DNA of 64,000 nt from Azolla caroliniana (taxonomy: Eukaryota; Plantae; Polypodiophyta). The position numbers were made by a program, and so were the translations under genes. Shown piece by piece: positions 1 through 13,153 of this stretch. Location: NCBI GenBank assembly GCA_043228905.1, contig JBHGNT010000002.1:22382001-22446000 (forward strand), read 5' to 3'. Under the pieces are notes generated by a model. That model was not told the DNA's origin, ran no database searches, and saw only the letters and a program-made list of their open reading frames with translations. Every line of letters begins with the position of its first letter. Within the stretch, counting starts at the first letter, position 1.

Positions 1-39
1 GGGTTGACTTTGAAGAGGTATTCTCCTCTAGTCAAAATG

Positions 40-1090
40 ACCACCTTGCGAATTTTGTTTACTCTCACTATAGATCCAGACTTGAAGCTTCACTACATGG
101 ATGACGACCACTTTCTTGCATAGAAACATCAAAGAAGAGCAATTTCCATGCAAAAAAGTAGTCTATATGAGCAATTCCTAAGAAGGAACAATTAAAATTA
201 AAAATTTAGGGGCTTATATGAGCTAAAACAAGCTCTTAGAAAATAGTAGAAAGGAGATTCTATGATATTAGATGAATTTAAAAGGAGCCATGCAAATCAT
301 TGTCTTTACAAAAATAAGGGATGTAGATGGGAACCACGATATTTTGGTGCTCATGTAGATGATATACTTATTGATGGTAAAAGTAGAGTACTCATAATGA
401 CTAGAAGGCTAACCGAATTTGGGATTTGCCACAAATGATTTAGGCCATTGCATATCTTGAGTTTGAGGATAATGAGGGATAGGTTGTGGCAATTGCTTTA
501 TTTATCCCTGAGAATAATACATTGAAAAAGTGGTTAAAAGGTCCAACATGAATGATGCAAAAACCTCAAGTGTACCTTTGTCGTCACATGTCCATTGAGT
601 AAAAATGATTGCCCAAAAATATGATACAACAATCTTCTCAATGAATGTCATACCATCTGTCAACTTGTGGTTCATCGATGTATGTCATTGTTGTTATAGG
701 AATGGGCATTGAACATGTACTAAGATTTGTTAGCAATTCTTGGAAATTTCACCATCATGTAAATTAGTAAATATCTAAAGGAGGTCAAGAGTAAATGTTT
801 ACCTGGATACCTCAAAATTACATGGACTCTTTACTTTGATATAAGTCCATTAGTACAAATTTTTAGACTATTAATGGTGCTATTTTATGGTGTTCCAAAT
901 TGCAAAGGATTGATGCATGATCTACTTTTGAAGTTGAAAATATTTCAGCAACAAAGGCTTCCAAACAGCATATCTCTGTAATGAGCTTGGTCTACTTGAG
1001 AGGACACAAATCCTACATTGTGATTGCAAAAAAGCCATACACTTGATCACAAAAGCCATGTCTTATGAGCAAACTAAACAAATTTAAAGA
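40..1090 (+). mobile_element. Decayed Ty1/copia reverse transcriptase-RNase H remnant
   Basis: Frameshifted copia pol motifs in the expected order: LHYMD..TTFLH, LYELKQA (LYGLKQA), VDDILI, STFEVE (STTEAE), HCDCKKAIHL (HCDSQSAIHL). Many stops. Confidence 0.8.
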
Positions 1091-1776
1091 TAAAATGAAC
1101 CTCTTGACCAATGACTATAAATAATAGAGCTACATCAACAATTTTGGAAATGATAGGATGTCAACATGTCAAAATCTCCAAATTGGTCTGATACGCATGC
1201 ACAATGTAATACCATTTATTAGGTGTCTCACAACACTATCACACTATCACAAAGATAAAAATAAATAATATTTGCATGGACCAATTAAAGAGTCAAGTAT
1301 CCCTAATACTATGTATTTAGTAAAGACGTAACAATACATACATTGAATGACTAATTAAAGACTGAATTAAGATATGATATGTGCAATAGGAGGAAGCCGA
1401 GAAAGCTTATGAATATGGCACTACAAACAAACAAATTTGTGGTGTTCACATATCTAAAAAGTCATTGATTGATCAACTTGCAGCCGACTCCATCCAAAGA
1501 TTCAATATATGGTTGAAATATCCCTAACCCTAATAAATCAACATATGTATGCCAGATTCTACACTCTACACAATGAATATATATAGATATATACCTATAA
1601 TAAGATCATTTTCTTCTATTTTGATAAAATATTACAATTTGATGAAGCGGTGTAGGATGGCTGCACACATGCATATGCAAAGACAATCTTCCCATATCAG
1701 CATGCCAATCTACTCTCAACACAATACAGTTACAGGCATGTGGGGAGGGGGGGGGTTTACTTAAAGATACATAACA

Positions 1777-4700
1777 TCATAGCTGTAATGATAAATCGGG
1801 ATTCTGCTCATCTGTTAGGTTACTTGATGCTTGAGCATGAGAAGACGGGCTTATCAAGCTTACATTCAAGTCTGGTGGTAAATGTAATGCTTCTTGTAGT
1901 ATAGGATGATCAGTCACCCGCAATCGGCTTTTCAGCTCACTATTATTCTCTAAAGAAGCCAAACATGATGGTACACTCTTTACCTTCATTTCATCAGCAG
2001 AAATTTTCACCTTAGTGGAGCCTTGCAAACTGAAATTGGTTAGTTCAGTTATCGCCACAGCCCTCTTTGTGTCCCCTTTCATTTGGAAGTCGGTTATCTT
2101 AGAAGCACTTTCTACATGTTGAGGTGCTGCACAGTTGAGATCCGAATTCCTCAAAAACTCCGCTTGAGGAGATGAAATCCTCAAATTGTTATTTTGGTGC
2201 ACTTGCCGTTTTTCATTACTGTGGTCACATAGGGGTCCAGAAGGGAACAATGCGTGATTAGGTAAAGGTTGTCTTGAATGAGCTGTAGCAGATTCATTAC
2301 TATTAAGGTTTACACACATGCTTGGATCTTGATAGATGCCATTCATCCCCTTAAAATCCTCTGATCGAGCATCGGCCATGTCACATTGCTTCTCATGAGT
2401 TTGCAAAATTAAGCGACATTTCTCCAGTCCATTATCAAATCTAGATTGTATTAAATCCCCTGACCAACATTCCCCCATAACTGGAAGTTTCTGACCTGCT
2501 GTATCAGATTCTACCATTGATTTTGATACCAATTGCACTGAATGGGTCATACTTTGCCTAATATGATTCGCGGTAACTGGAAGTTTCCAGGTTGTTGGAT
2601 TGGATTCTACCATTTCTTTAGATAATGATGGTACTGATTGGCTCATACCTCGAACATTATGGTTAGCATCAGAACTATCAGATTCTATCATTGATTTTGA
2701 TACTGATTGTACTGAATGGGTCATACTTTGCCTAATATGATTAGCAGTAACTGGAAGTTTCCATGTTGTTGAATTGGATTCCACCATTTCTTTAGATACT
2801 GATGGTAGCGATTGGTTCATACTTTGAACAATATGGTTAGCCTCAGAACTTTGGATAGATGAATATTTGGCGACTTCATTAGGCACATGTTTAGCACTTG
2901 TACTGTGAGATTGGCTTACACTTTCACCATGGTTATAAGATTGGACCAGACTATGAGCATGGCTTGTATCTGAATGATGCATAGACAAGCTCTTGGACAT
3001 CACTACATTAGGAACTTTTTGAGTTTCACTTAAAATACTATGAGACCTTGGGGGCGCTTTTGATGTTGACATCTTCTGAAACATTAATGCTGATTGGCTT
3101 TTAGGAGACAAGAGTCCAGGTGGTGGTTCCAAGATCCACCCTGGTCCAAACGGGACACCAGGAGGAAGTGCTTTGCGAATCTTTTCTGCCGCAACCTGCC
3201 AGACGGCAGGTCCTAGATCAGCCGAAAATCGAGCTAAACTTCTTGCATAAGCAAAATCTTGTTGTGGATACCCCATCTGTTCAGTACGAAAAACCATGGG
3301 AATTCTCAGTAACAGTACCAAAATCCAAAATCCAAAATCAAACTCTACCACAATTCTCAAATACTACTTGAATTTACAAAAAAACATGTTAATGCTCATT
3401 AATACTATTAATAATAAGGCACTGGAGTTATCATAATCTCCAAAATGCCGCCCAAGTTTACAAACTCCCCAAACTACATATTCCAGTTTCTTATTCCTAT
3501 ATACTCCATTTCTTCTGCTAATTAAATTAGTTTACTTTCAGGCATTTACATTATAACCTTGCAATTGAATAAAAAACTAAACAAATGAATTTTTGGCTAA
3601 TCATATTAATTAACGTTTGATTATTAGCATCCCCCATTTTTTTTAGGATTATTTTGATAATTTGAAAGTTATCTAACTGCAATTAATATATAAAGATATG
3701 GGGAAGCATAAGCGCATAAGTGCATAACTGTATAAAAAATGAGAGAGAAGTCACTCACTGGCATTACTTGTTGCACGTCTCCTCCAAATGCGGCCAGCAA
3801 TGGACCAAGACCAGAAAATAAAGTTTCAGCTGGCTGATAGCTACTTCGGCGGTTATCTTCATTATGTTGCATCCTCTTACTATTTGTAGATCTGAAAGCT
3901 GCAAGTTACATTCTCTCTTGGCATTTTGAATACATTAATAGCATTTCAATGTCATTTCATGTCACTCTTTTGCTCTCTTTCTCATTCATGTATCATCATC
4001 ATCTCTAAAAACATTTCACATATACAGTTTGGTGGATTTTGTTTACCCTCTATCTTCTCTACTCTCCTCCAATCTGTTTGTTTCTCCTTCCCTTGGTAAA
4101 AACGAATATTTCTGCTTATTTTCGATTTGCTTACAGATTATACTGCTAATTTCATCGGGTCGAATGTTTGTTACCATCTTTTATGGGGCCTAATTTTGAC
4201 CTTCATCACAAATGGTTGGAGATTGATGGACAGATTTGTAGCCATGATCCTTCCCGGCTAAAGCATCTGTACCGAGTGATACAGTCAGGTCTAAGATGGC
4301 TGTACCACAAAACGTCATAGAGGCTCTGGTCAGGTCAGTGCCATTCAAAGTACATGGAAGCTTCCGACATATATCTGCCATTTTCTCTGGAGTTCCCTAG
4401 ACAATTGGTAATTGGGAGCAAGACTTAACATTTATAATGCCCAAACACTATTGTAAAGATACTAAAGATAGAGCATGTCCCCCCCATGCTCCTTGGATGA
4501 ACCATCTCTCATGCTAACTCATTTGGAGATTACCAAAGACATCAAGAAAGCTTTTATTCAGCAATAGACTAGGATGAAATGGATAGAACAGTCAGACTTG
4601 TATGAAGATAGCCTTATATAAAGACCATCTTCCCCACATTACTGAAGATTGATTTATATTACACTCTGTATATATGGATATACATCTGTCTCATGGATTG

Positions 4701-7700
4701 AGATGCACTGTTGGATGATCCGCTTCTCATTACCTCAGTTAAAGATAGTAATAGGTAGGTATAATAAGTGTGCACCTCCTGAAAGTGAATATGTCAACTT
4801 TGCCATACAGATCCAGAATCTGAATAGACTACATATGATGCAGTTTACAATCATATTTAGGTACATTTGCATTGCCTCTTTAGGGAGGGTGGATTTGAAC
4901 AATTCTCCAGGTCATGGATTTCTATGATCAGAAATATTTGAGACTGTTTTAACTAGATATCTATATATTTGAAGAGTTTCTCCTAACGAATGTTTGACAA
5001 GCATGGGCACTACAGATGTGGATAACAGACTTATTCAGAATATTGTGCACAAGAACTATAAGCAAGCACAACAATCATAAACAGATATTGCTCGACAGCC
5101 CAGTTTATTTGGACCATCACATAGAGGACGTTGCTTGCTATACATCATATCAGTGGCCGAGATTGAGCACATTCACAATGAGGTCCTCTACAGAGGCATC
5201 ATTCTATGTCCCATCTTGTTCTACATCCACCAGAGAATATCCCTACATTATTTATAAGGATAGTCCCAATACTATTTTACTTTTATGACATTCTACTTAC
5301 ACAGGACAGCTACCTAGTTTAAGGGTCTAATTTTTTGAACTTTATTCTACCACATTTTATAAGATTCACAAGAATGGGTCTCACAGAGTACTTTTGGCCA
5401 CTAATAGGTGCACATATATATGATAAGTAATTTCTTTCTTCCTCTCCATTACATAACATATGCAGATCAATAACCAATTGTATTCTCTTTGCATTGTATG
5501 ATGTCTTATGTAGGCTCCATGTAATTGTGTTTACAGCTCCTGACTCTCTGCTAGGTCAATGTCTCTGTTATAATCTCTTCGCTCTGCTGATGTCTTTGCC
5601 CCAAACTTTACTGTTTTAAAGTCCATGTACTAATCTCTCTATTTTGATAATCAAACTGTTTTAATGCCTCTGCCCTAATCTCTGCTGAGTTATGTCTTTG
5701 TCTTAACCTCTGCTGAGTTACCATGTGTGAGGTCTCTCATGCTTACCTGGCCAAAACATCATGGCATCGAAATTGATTACCTCCACCCCTTCAAAGACTG
5801 CCTTTCCTGTCTTTTTCTGGATCTCAACAGCACAGAACTGGATTGTATAATCAAAATGGACATTGCAAAGCTGGATACAGAATGGGTCTGGGCGAATCCA
5901 CTTTCCTTGGGCTTAAGGATGGAACATTACAAGAATAAATTCCTGCACATATCATTGAATGGGTTTGTCAACTGCCCCAGCCATATGATGGCTGTCCACC
6001 TCTCACATAGCATACCAGTGTAATTGAACAGGTCTACATGTCAATACACTAACTATAGAATAGAATAGAACAGATGTTTTATTATCCACAAGGAGGCCAA
6101 TTTTGACCTATTGAACCAAATAAGCATAGCATCTTGTATGTGACTCCTTTCTAAGAAGGAGATTACTATTCTGTAGTAAAAACTCTCTATGTGTAAAATA
6201 ATGCACGCACATAAATGCTCACCCTTCTTGGTGGGGATTTGAGTATGACACTTAAATTATCATGACTGTCTAACCAGTCATCATACTTTTTGGGAATTAC
6301 CTTACACGTTGAGCATGCTAGAAGTGCATAATATTCATCCATCACTAGGTTTTTATTGCATCCCTTCATACTAGGGTGTTGATGACATTATGCTACCACA
6401 ACACCTAATTTGTGTGAGCAAGTTCAAAGAAGTGTTCGGGCTCTCTGAGAGCCAAGACTCATGGGGGTAGTAAGATGTGGTTGGATATGAAGGAACAGGA
6501 AGATATGGAGATATGAAGGGCTGGATGCAAATGACCATCTCTATCAGTTAGGTCTCTAAAGGTTGAAATGATGGAGCACCATATATGATGTTGCCTTGTA
6601 CTCTTTGAATTGGATGAAGATACTGTTGGGAATAAAGTGCCAGTGTGCCTTTTATTAGTGCAAGGGGGTGAGCAAACCTTAACACACTTTAACCTTCAGG
6701 TTATAAATATTACACCTAAAAAAGAATGACTGTGCATCATTCTATCTCTGCCTTTACCCCTGCCTCTGCAGCTGTTTCGTTATGTGTCTGTCTGTGTATG
6801 AGTGGTCCAGACGTACCCTGATCTGCTCTCAGCTCCCTCAACAAGTCATGTTTTGTGAGCAAGCAACAGTAAGCATCGTAGGTCCCGTTTTCAGAGCATA
6901 CAACAGTTAGTGCAGCTCACTACAGTGCTGCAGTTCATCACATTTTGCCCATGTAAGTTCACTGCAAGCAAGTTCCTTACAGACTGACAAGAGTTCAGCA
7001 GGGTTTAAGCTTACATTTGCTAATTGTTTTGGTCATTTTCCTTTGGCTGAAAATTATGGCAGACAATTTTGCTGTGCTACAATATCCTGTTGCAGAAAAA
7101 GCAAACAAAGCCTATATATGTACAAGGATAATTGGGAGGAGTTGGACGAGCTTGCACGCTCGAACATTGAGTTATCAGTCTCTGATGCCTTGCTGTTAAC
7201 ATTGGAGGTTTGGACTCTACCTATGCAATCTGGACTAGATTATAAGAATCGTATGCCCAGAAGGGTACAACTAGCAAAAGCTTATGGATTTGTGCATGGA
7301 AGAGGGCACATCATCTCACTTGAGTGAGTTTAATTTATTTTCAGCCAACTGTTTACCTTGAAATTTGTCATTGATGATGAGTTTAAGGCTACAATTTTGC
7401 TTTGGCTTATGGATTTGTGCATGAAAGAGGGCAAGTCATCTCACTTGAGTGAGTTTAATTCTATGTTCAGCCAAATCGTTGCCTTGAAATTTGTCATTGA
7501 TGATGTTTTTTAAGGCTACATTTTTGCTTTGAACTTTGCTAGAGAGTTGGGATATATTTACAATTACCATGAGCAATTCAAATGCAATGCTTTTGCATGA
7601 TGATGTAGAGACTTCTCTACTCATGGAAGAGATGAATCGGCAAAACAATGCAGCCAATAAGTCCTCCATTGCTTTGTATACTAAGGGCAGGTCACAACAG

Positions 7701-10700
7701 AGAGGCAAATCGAATAACAAAGGCCATAATAAATCATGTGGTTAAGGATGTAGAATGCCATCATTGTCACAAGAAGGGTCATTTTAAACGTGAGTACTAC
7801 AAATGGAAGAAAGAGAAAGGAAAGGGCAAGAAGACAAACGATAGCAAAGAAGAGATGAAAGAGAGTCGATCTACGAAGAACAATGTTAAAATTGAAGAGC
7901 TGAAAGTAGTTACACATGACATCAATGGTGAGTATAATATTCTCTTCGTCTCTTCATTCTTGAATGCACATGCTTTACTTGCACATACTGATGGTGATAT
8001 GAACACTTGGATTCTCGATTCAGGTGCTTCTTTTCGTGTCACCCCTCATCATGAGTGATTTTCTAACTACACAAGGGGTCGACATGGTGTTGTCCATCTT
8101 GAGGACAACTATGCATGTGACTGCAGGTATTGGCACTGTACAGTTGCAGTTCCAGTATGGTTCTATCTTCACACTTCAGCATGTATGGCATGTACCTCAG
8201 CTCAAGAAGAGCTTGATTAACAGTTAGATGATGATGGATTTCACACCACCTTTGATAATGGGAAATGGAAGATCTGTAAGGAATCTGGGGTTATTGCCAA
8301 GGTTTGTAAAAGTGAGACTTTGTGTCCCCTCCATGTATCTAGTGCGAGTGACCATCACGTTGTCGTAATTAAGCAACCAAGTGTTTCTTTGTGGCATGGC
8401 AGGTTGAGACACATAAGCTGTGGAATGAAAGTGCTTTCTCGTTTGGGTTACTTTCCTTGTCTTTGTTATGCTGATTTTGAGCATTGTGTTTATGATAAAC
8501 ATGCTTAAACATCTCATAAAATGTCTCTTTTGCAAAAGTCTTTCCTCTAGAGTTAGTACATTCAGATGTATGTCAGATGCCAGAATTATCTGTAGGGGGA
8601 AGAAATATTTTGTCGCTTTTGTCAATGAAGCTACATGGAAGGTACGGGTTTACCCTATTCATAGCTAGGACGAAGTGCTTGAGAAGTTTAACAAATTCTT
8701 GGCACTGGTTTGGAATCAGATTGATAAGACATAAAGAGTCTTCGCGCTAACCATGGTGGGGAATATGTATCCAAGGCCTTTCAGGTATTTTTTGACAGCA
8801 AAGGGATAAAGAGGAACCTCACTGCCCCTCATGATCCACCCCAAAAATTCTCGATGCAAGAAAGCAAGGAAACTGAATGTCTATGGATATGAAAGGGTTA
8901 TAACAACAGAGAAGAGATCCTCTCTGTTTGGCTCATAAGACCCACGCATGAATATATGAAATTGAATGGCTCTCATGTTAGATGCCAAATCTTTTCCTAT
9001 ACCTTCACGGGCATAGATATCGACTTGCATTCATAATGACAGGAAACTACTTTCTCCTACTGAAGATTCTCCTTTCTCCTGCCTACTGAAGATTTGCACC
9101 TCATGGAGAATCTCGGAGATTCCTTGAAATCAAAAGTTTTATTCATCTCATGATGTGCTTAGCTAAAAGGAATATCTGGTACTTTGGTCAATTTTACTGA
9201 TCCAGTTATATTCATTTTCATATGTTTTACTTCAAGATCAGACAACATTTTAAGATGCAATCCCCTGTTTGATCTCACAGGACATTTTAGCCTCTTAAAA
9301 GACATTAAGATATCTTTCTACAAGAGCAAACTATATTCTCCATCCTAGAGTTGAATTGAGTGCATAGGCATAGAAACTGAACGTGTTCAGCAGCACAATA
9401 TTCTTATCATGAGGGGTTCATCACCTTGGATCCCATTTTGAGCCTTCCTGCCCTCATTGAGGGAGCTAGGAACAATAAAAGGATCACATATCGTTCCTTT
9501 GAGGATTTCCAGAACACCGACAATGTCATAGACGAAGAGACTATAGATATATGATTCTAAGGTTCGCAGACAAAGTTAACCAAAATGTCTGCTAATTTTC
9601 AAGAAAAGATTATTACTTTCTCCTATCATATGCAGATGTTTGCACAAATATTCTCAATGATTGTTTCACTTTGTTTTCACATATATAATGAAACAACTTC
9701 GTACTACATTTTTCTTATTAATTTATACCACCTCGTTTTATGAACCAGGAATATCCTCTTATGCTTGAGTAAGTAAAATACCTACCAAGGCATAGCTTTG
9801 CATTCTATTGGGCAAAGTCCCAAAATAGATTTTCCTATTAACAATATCATCCGACAATTACAACTTCGAGAGAGAAACTGATAGGAAATGAAGGGAGATA
9901 ATTATACCAGGTACACTATCTTGAGACTCGAATCTGTTATCACTGGGAGAACTAACAGCAATATAGCTCATTCTCGTTTGCCCTTCTAAATTGTTTGTGG
10001 AACTCATTACATGCCGCTCATGTTGTCCTTTCAAAGACGTGGTAATGTTTGCTCCTCCTGAATAATCAGAACTGTTTGGCAGAATCCTTCTATTGGGTGT
10101 TCTCTTCACATTTATTAATTGCTGCGACTTGGTCTCTCCTTCCAATGATAATCCAGCTTTCAAAGCCTCTAAAATCTTGCGAGCTGCATCTTGAATTCCT
10201 CGAGCCTGAAGAAATTTATTTTTTAAGCATATGCATCCAATACATATAAGGTTCTATTCATTCATATTTCCTTATTTCTCCTCCATGTTAATCCAAAATA
10301 CTATGATAGCATGAGATTAGAATGCAAAAAACCCCACCTGCTTGAAGTAGATTGTATCTTTAGCATTATAGGTCATGGCATTGCTGCAAATTAGGTATAT
10401 GTCATCCTGAAAAGTCATCCAGAACAAAATAAGATTGTGTCTTCTTCTGAAGACAGAATGGACATTCTTATCAAGAACATTACAGATTTGCTTTATCGAA
10501 ATGCACACCTGAAATGTTTCCAATGATCTGTAGGCTCCACCACTGATCTTTTTCCTCATGGTACCAAAATCCATGGGGCTCTTGATGAAATCATAGTAGC
10601 CAGGAACCTGACATTTATATAGATATGGTTATAGTCAGGGATGGTTAGAACATTAAAATCCAAATCCAGAATAGGTAAAAACTTTAAAACTTAATCACCG

Positions 10701-12784
10701 TGACAGATTCAGATGCATATCGAGCTATACCTCATTCGGATCGACAGGTACTGCAAATACTCCATACGTGTCTTTTCTGAAATAAAGAAGCCTTGCTTAG
10801 TGTATAAAAAGCCATGCTAATGATAAGGTATAAATGATAAACCAAATCACGGTACTCAGCTCATAAGTGATAATCAACTCATAAAAAAAGAACTTCTTAC
10901 TTCTGCAGCTTATCGATAACTGCCCCCAGCAGCTTAGAAGATAGAGCCTCTCCCAACTGTCCATCTGTAAGAGAGGGATTTGCTACATCAACTAATACAA
11001 GTTTAAAGTAAAGATCGTTATTTCTAATGTAAACAACGACATATTACATATTATAGATGCATGGGATAAACATATATATGTATATATATACACAGACAAG
11101 ATAATACGCACTTGAAGCTTCGCCTGATTGGTCAGATTCTCTCTTGGACCTCTCCTGCACCAAGTCTTAAGCATAAGCTAAAGAAAGAATCAAATGAGAA
11201 TAACAAAGAAGAAGAAGAAGAAGAACAGAAATTATAGTTGGAGGGAGAGATAATTAGGGTAAGATTATAAGTAGAGCTGGGAGAGTTAGGGTAAAATTAT
11301 GAGCAACATAATATTGACGAGGATAATTAGGGAAAGATTAGAGTAAAGACGTAATAAGTAAGCTTTGGTAAATTAGGGTAAGGTAATATATACAATTTCT
11401 CAGAATTAGAGGAAGATTATAAGTAAGAAGAACTTTGAATCGGGAGAACAGAATAAGAAGAAGAAAGAATATGTGGTTTATAACCACACAAAAAAAAAAA
11501 GATTACGGTTAAATATCAGATTATCTACAGAAGAAGTTTGGTTCAAACCTTGTTTTCATAGAAAGAGAGACGGGGAAGTTTTAGATGAGAATTGGACGTA
11601 AAATAGGGATTAAGATTTACTGAATTTTTTAGGAAAAATTAGGGATAATTAGCCTAGTTTCTTTAGAATGGATTAAGAGGAGTTCTAGATCAAATTAGGC
11701 AAGAACAGATGGTGGGGAAATATAGGATTCGATGTGAGGTTAGGGTTGGATATAAGGTCGGGGTTTGGATCCAAGGTTAGGACTTGGACCTGAGATTAGG
11801 GTAACTAGGATTAGGGTTAGAAAGAAAGGAATCAGAGACGGTATATGGGTGGGGGCTATTATTAATGTTGACCTTGGGAATTGGGTCCTACGGATAGGTC
11901 ACAAAAACAGTCTACTGTCTGAAAAAGATGTCACAGAAAGAGACAGAAACAGAAACCAGAGATATATATGTATGTAAAAGAAAACGGAGAGAGACAGAGA
12001 GAGGACGAGAGACAGAGAAGCAGAGATATAAAACAGAGAGAGATTGAACAAAAAGAACGAAGTTTGAGACGGATAGATGTGTGTGTGGTATGTACATAAT
12101 AGCTTTGATGCCTACCTTAAGAGATGAGATCTGCTTTTTCTGCTGTGGGGCAGCATGAAGAAGAAGAGGACTAGAAGTAGTATTCGTATTAGTATTAGTA
12201 TTAGTATTAGAATGGAAAGTGTTTCTTGCTTCCGCCATAGCCGCGACTTCTTCAAGCTTTCTTCGTTTCTTCACAGGTTTCTGATCGTCGGCATCGAGAT
12301 CTTCGTCGTCCTCCTCGTCCTCGTCCTCATCTCTTTCTTCTCGGTGTTCCTCTCTTTCTTCTTCTTCTTCTTCTTCTTCTTCTTCTTCCTCTTCCTCTTC
12401 TTCTTCTTCTGTTTTTTCTCTGTCTGCATCTTCTTCGCCGGCAGGTGTGAAGCTCGGCCTCGTGGTTGATATGGAAGAAGGCCGAGCAGACGAGGGCGAT
12501 GAATAACGCAATTTATGGTGAGGGTTAGGGTTAGGGTTAGGGTTAGGGTTAGCAGGGGGGGCGTGTGTGAGAAGAGAGTTAGGGTTAGAGTGAGAGTTTC
12601 CAACAGAGGAGATTCTGAGAAGAGAAGTACTAGGCATATTAGGGTTGGGGTCATGAGGATTAGAACAAGTATAGTTAGGGTTATGGGCAGGGCGCAAGAG
12701 GACCTTGAATCTGTTGGGGGCTACGATCTGATGTGGGCGATGGGGATGGGGATGAGGAGGGGGGAGCATCTGTTGATCCGCCAT
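1777..12784 (-). CDS. Bromodomain protein, plant BRD1/2/13 (BRD7/9-like, SWI/SNF-associated) type; about 10 exons
   Basis: GT-AG exons traced by hand: 12784-12116, 11154-11112, 10964-10901, 10776-10731, 10607-10509, ~10407-10339, 10205-9908, ~4300-4201 (acceptor uncertain), 3898-3759, 3276-1777. Bromodomain sequence KLQKKDTYGVFAVPVDPNEVPGYYDFIKSPMDFGTMRKK...CSNAMTYNAKDTIYFKQAR. Family motifs NRRSSY, YARSLARFSADLGPAVWQVA, PFGPGWI, PPDLNV and C-terminal PDLSLQL. Confidence 0.9.
2497..2850 (-). repeat. Coding tandem duplication, 174 bp (58 aa) x2, each copy made of two related sub-repeats
   Basis: ccatttctttaga occurs at 2610 and 2784. The protein repeat SKEMVESN.TTWKLPVTANHIRQSMTHSVQ.VSKSM.ESD appears twice. 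Confidence 0.9.
4450..6620 (+). mobile_element. Highly decayed copia-like remnants inside the large bromodomain-gene intron
   Basis: Weak RNase H-like relics (YGYTSVSW, ESEYV), an LTR-like segment ending aacatca followed by PBS-like tggcatc (~5762), and an RT relic VDDIML (~6378). Confidence 0.45.
6624..8850 (+). mobile_element. Truncated Ty1/copia element (gag-protease-integrase), intronic and antisense to the host gene
   Basis: gag ELDELARSNIELSVSD, zinc knuckle CHHCHKKGHFKRE, protease WILDSGAS, GAG-pre-integrase LWHGRLRHIS and integrase remnants at 8580-8850. A putative LTR starts tgttggg at 6624. Frameshifts and stops throughout. Confidence 0.85.
12521..12552 (+). repeat. (TTAGGG)n tract encoding an Asn-Pro repeat in exon 1 of the bromodomain gene
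   Basis: agggttagggttagggttagggttagggttag; the minus strand reads NPNPNPNPNP. Confidence 0.95.
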
Positions 12785-13080
12785 TGCTGAGAAGAAACCC
12801 TAATAATTGTGGCAGAACAAAACCCTAATAATTGTGGCAGCATTTCCTGCACAGATCGCCGCCAGAAGGAAGGAAGACCCCCACCACCACAACAACAACA
12901 ACGGCTGTCGTTCCGCCTGCTGCTAATCCACGTGGCGCCAAGTGATTCGTGGGCTCCCAGCGGGCGAGGCCGCGCATTGGTCCACGTGGCTCGATGATGA
13001 TGCTCCTCCTCCTCCTCCTCCTCCTCTTCCTCCTCTTCTCCTGCTTTTTCCTTGGGCCGCTTTTTCTGTGCTGCAGCCAC

Positions 13081-13084
<4 letters not shown>

Positions 13085-13150
<66 letters not shown>
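13085..13150. repeat. (CT)n microsatellite upstream of or in the 5' UTR of the bromodomain gene
   Basis: About 33 perfect CT units, with a (CTT)n tract nearby at ~13266-13300. Confidence 0.95.

Positions 13151-13153
<3 letters not shown>

Noticed and set aside
3277-3360. N-terminus of the 527-aa ORF as an independent gene
   Set aside because: This is intron sequence upstream of the acceptor at 3277; the ORF is the last exon of the bromodomain gene.
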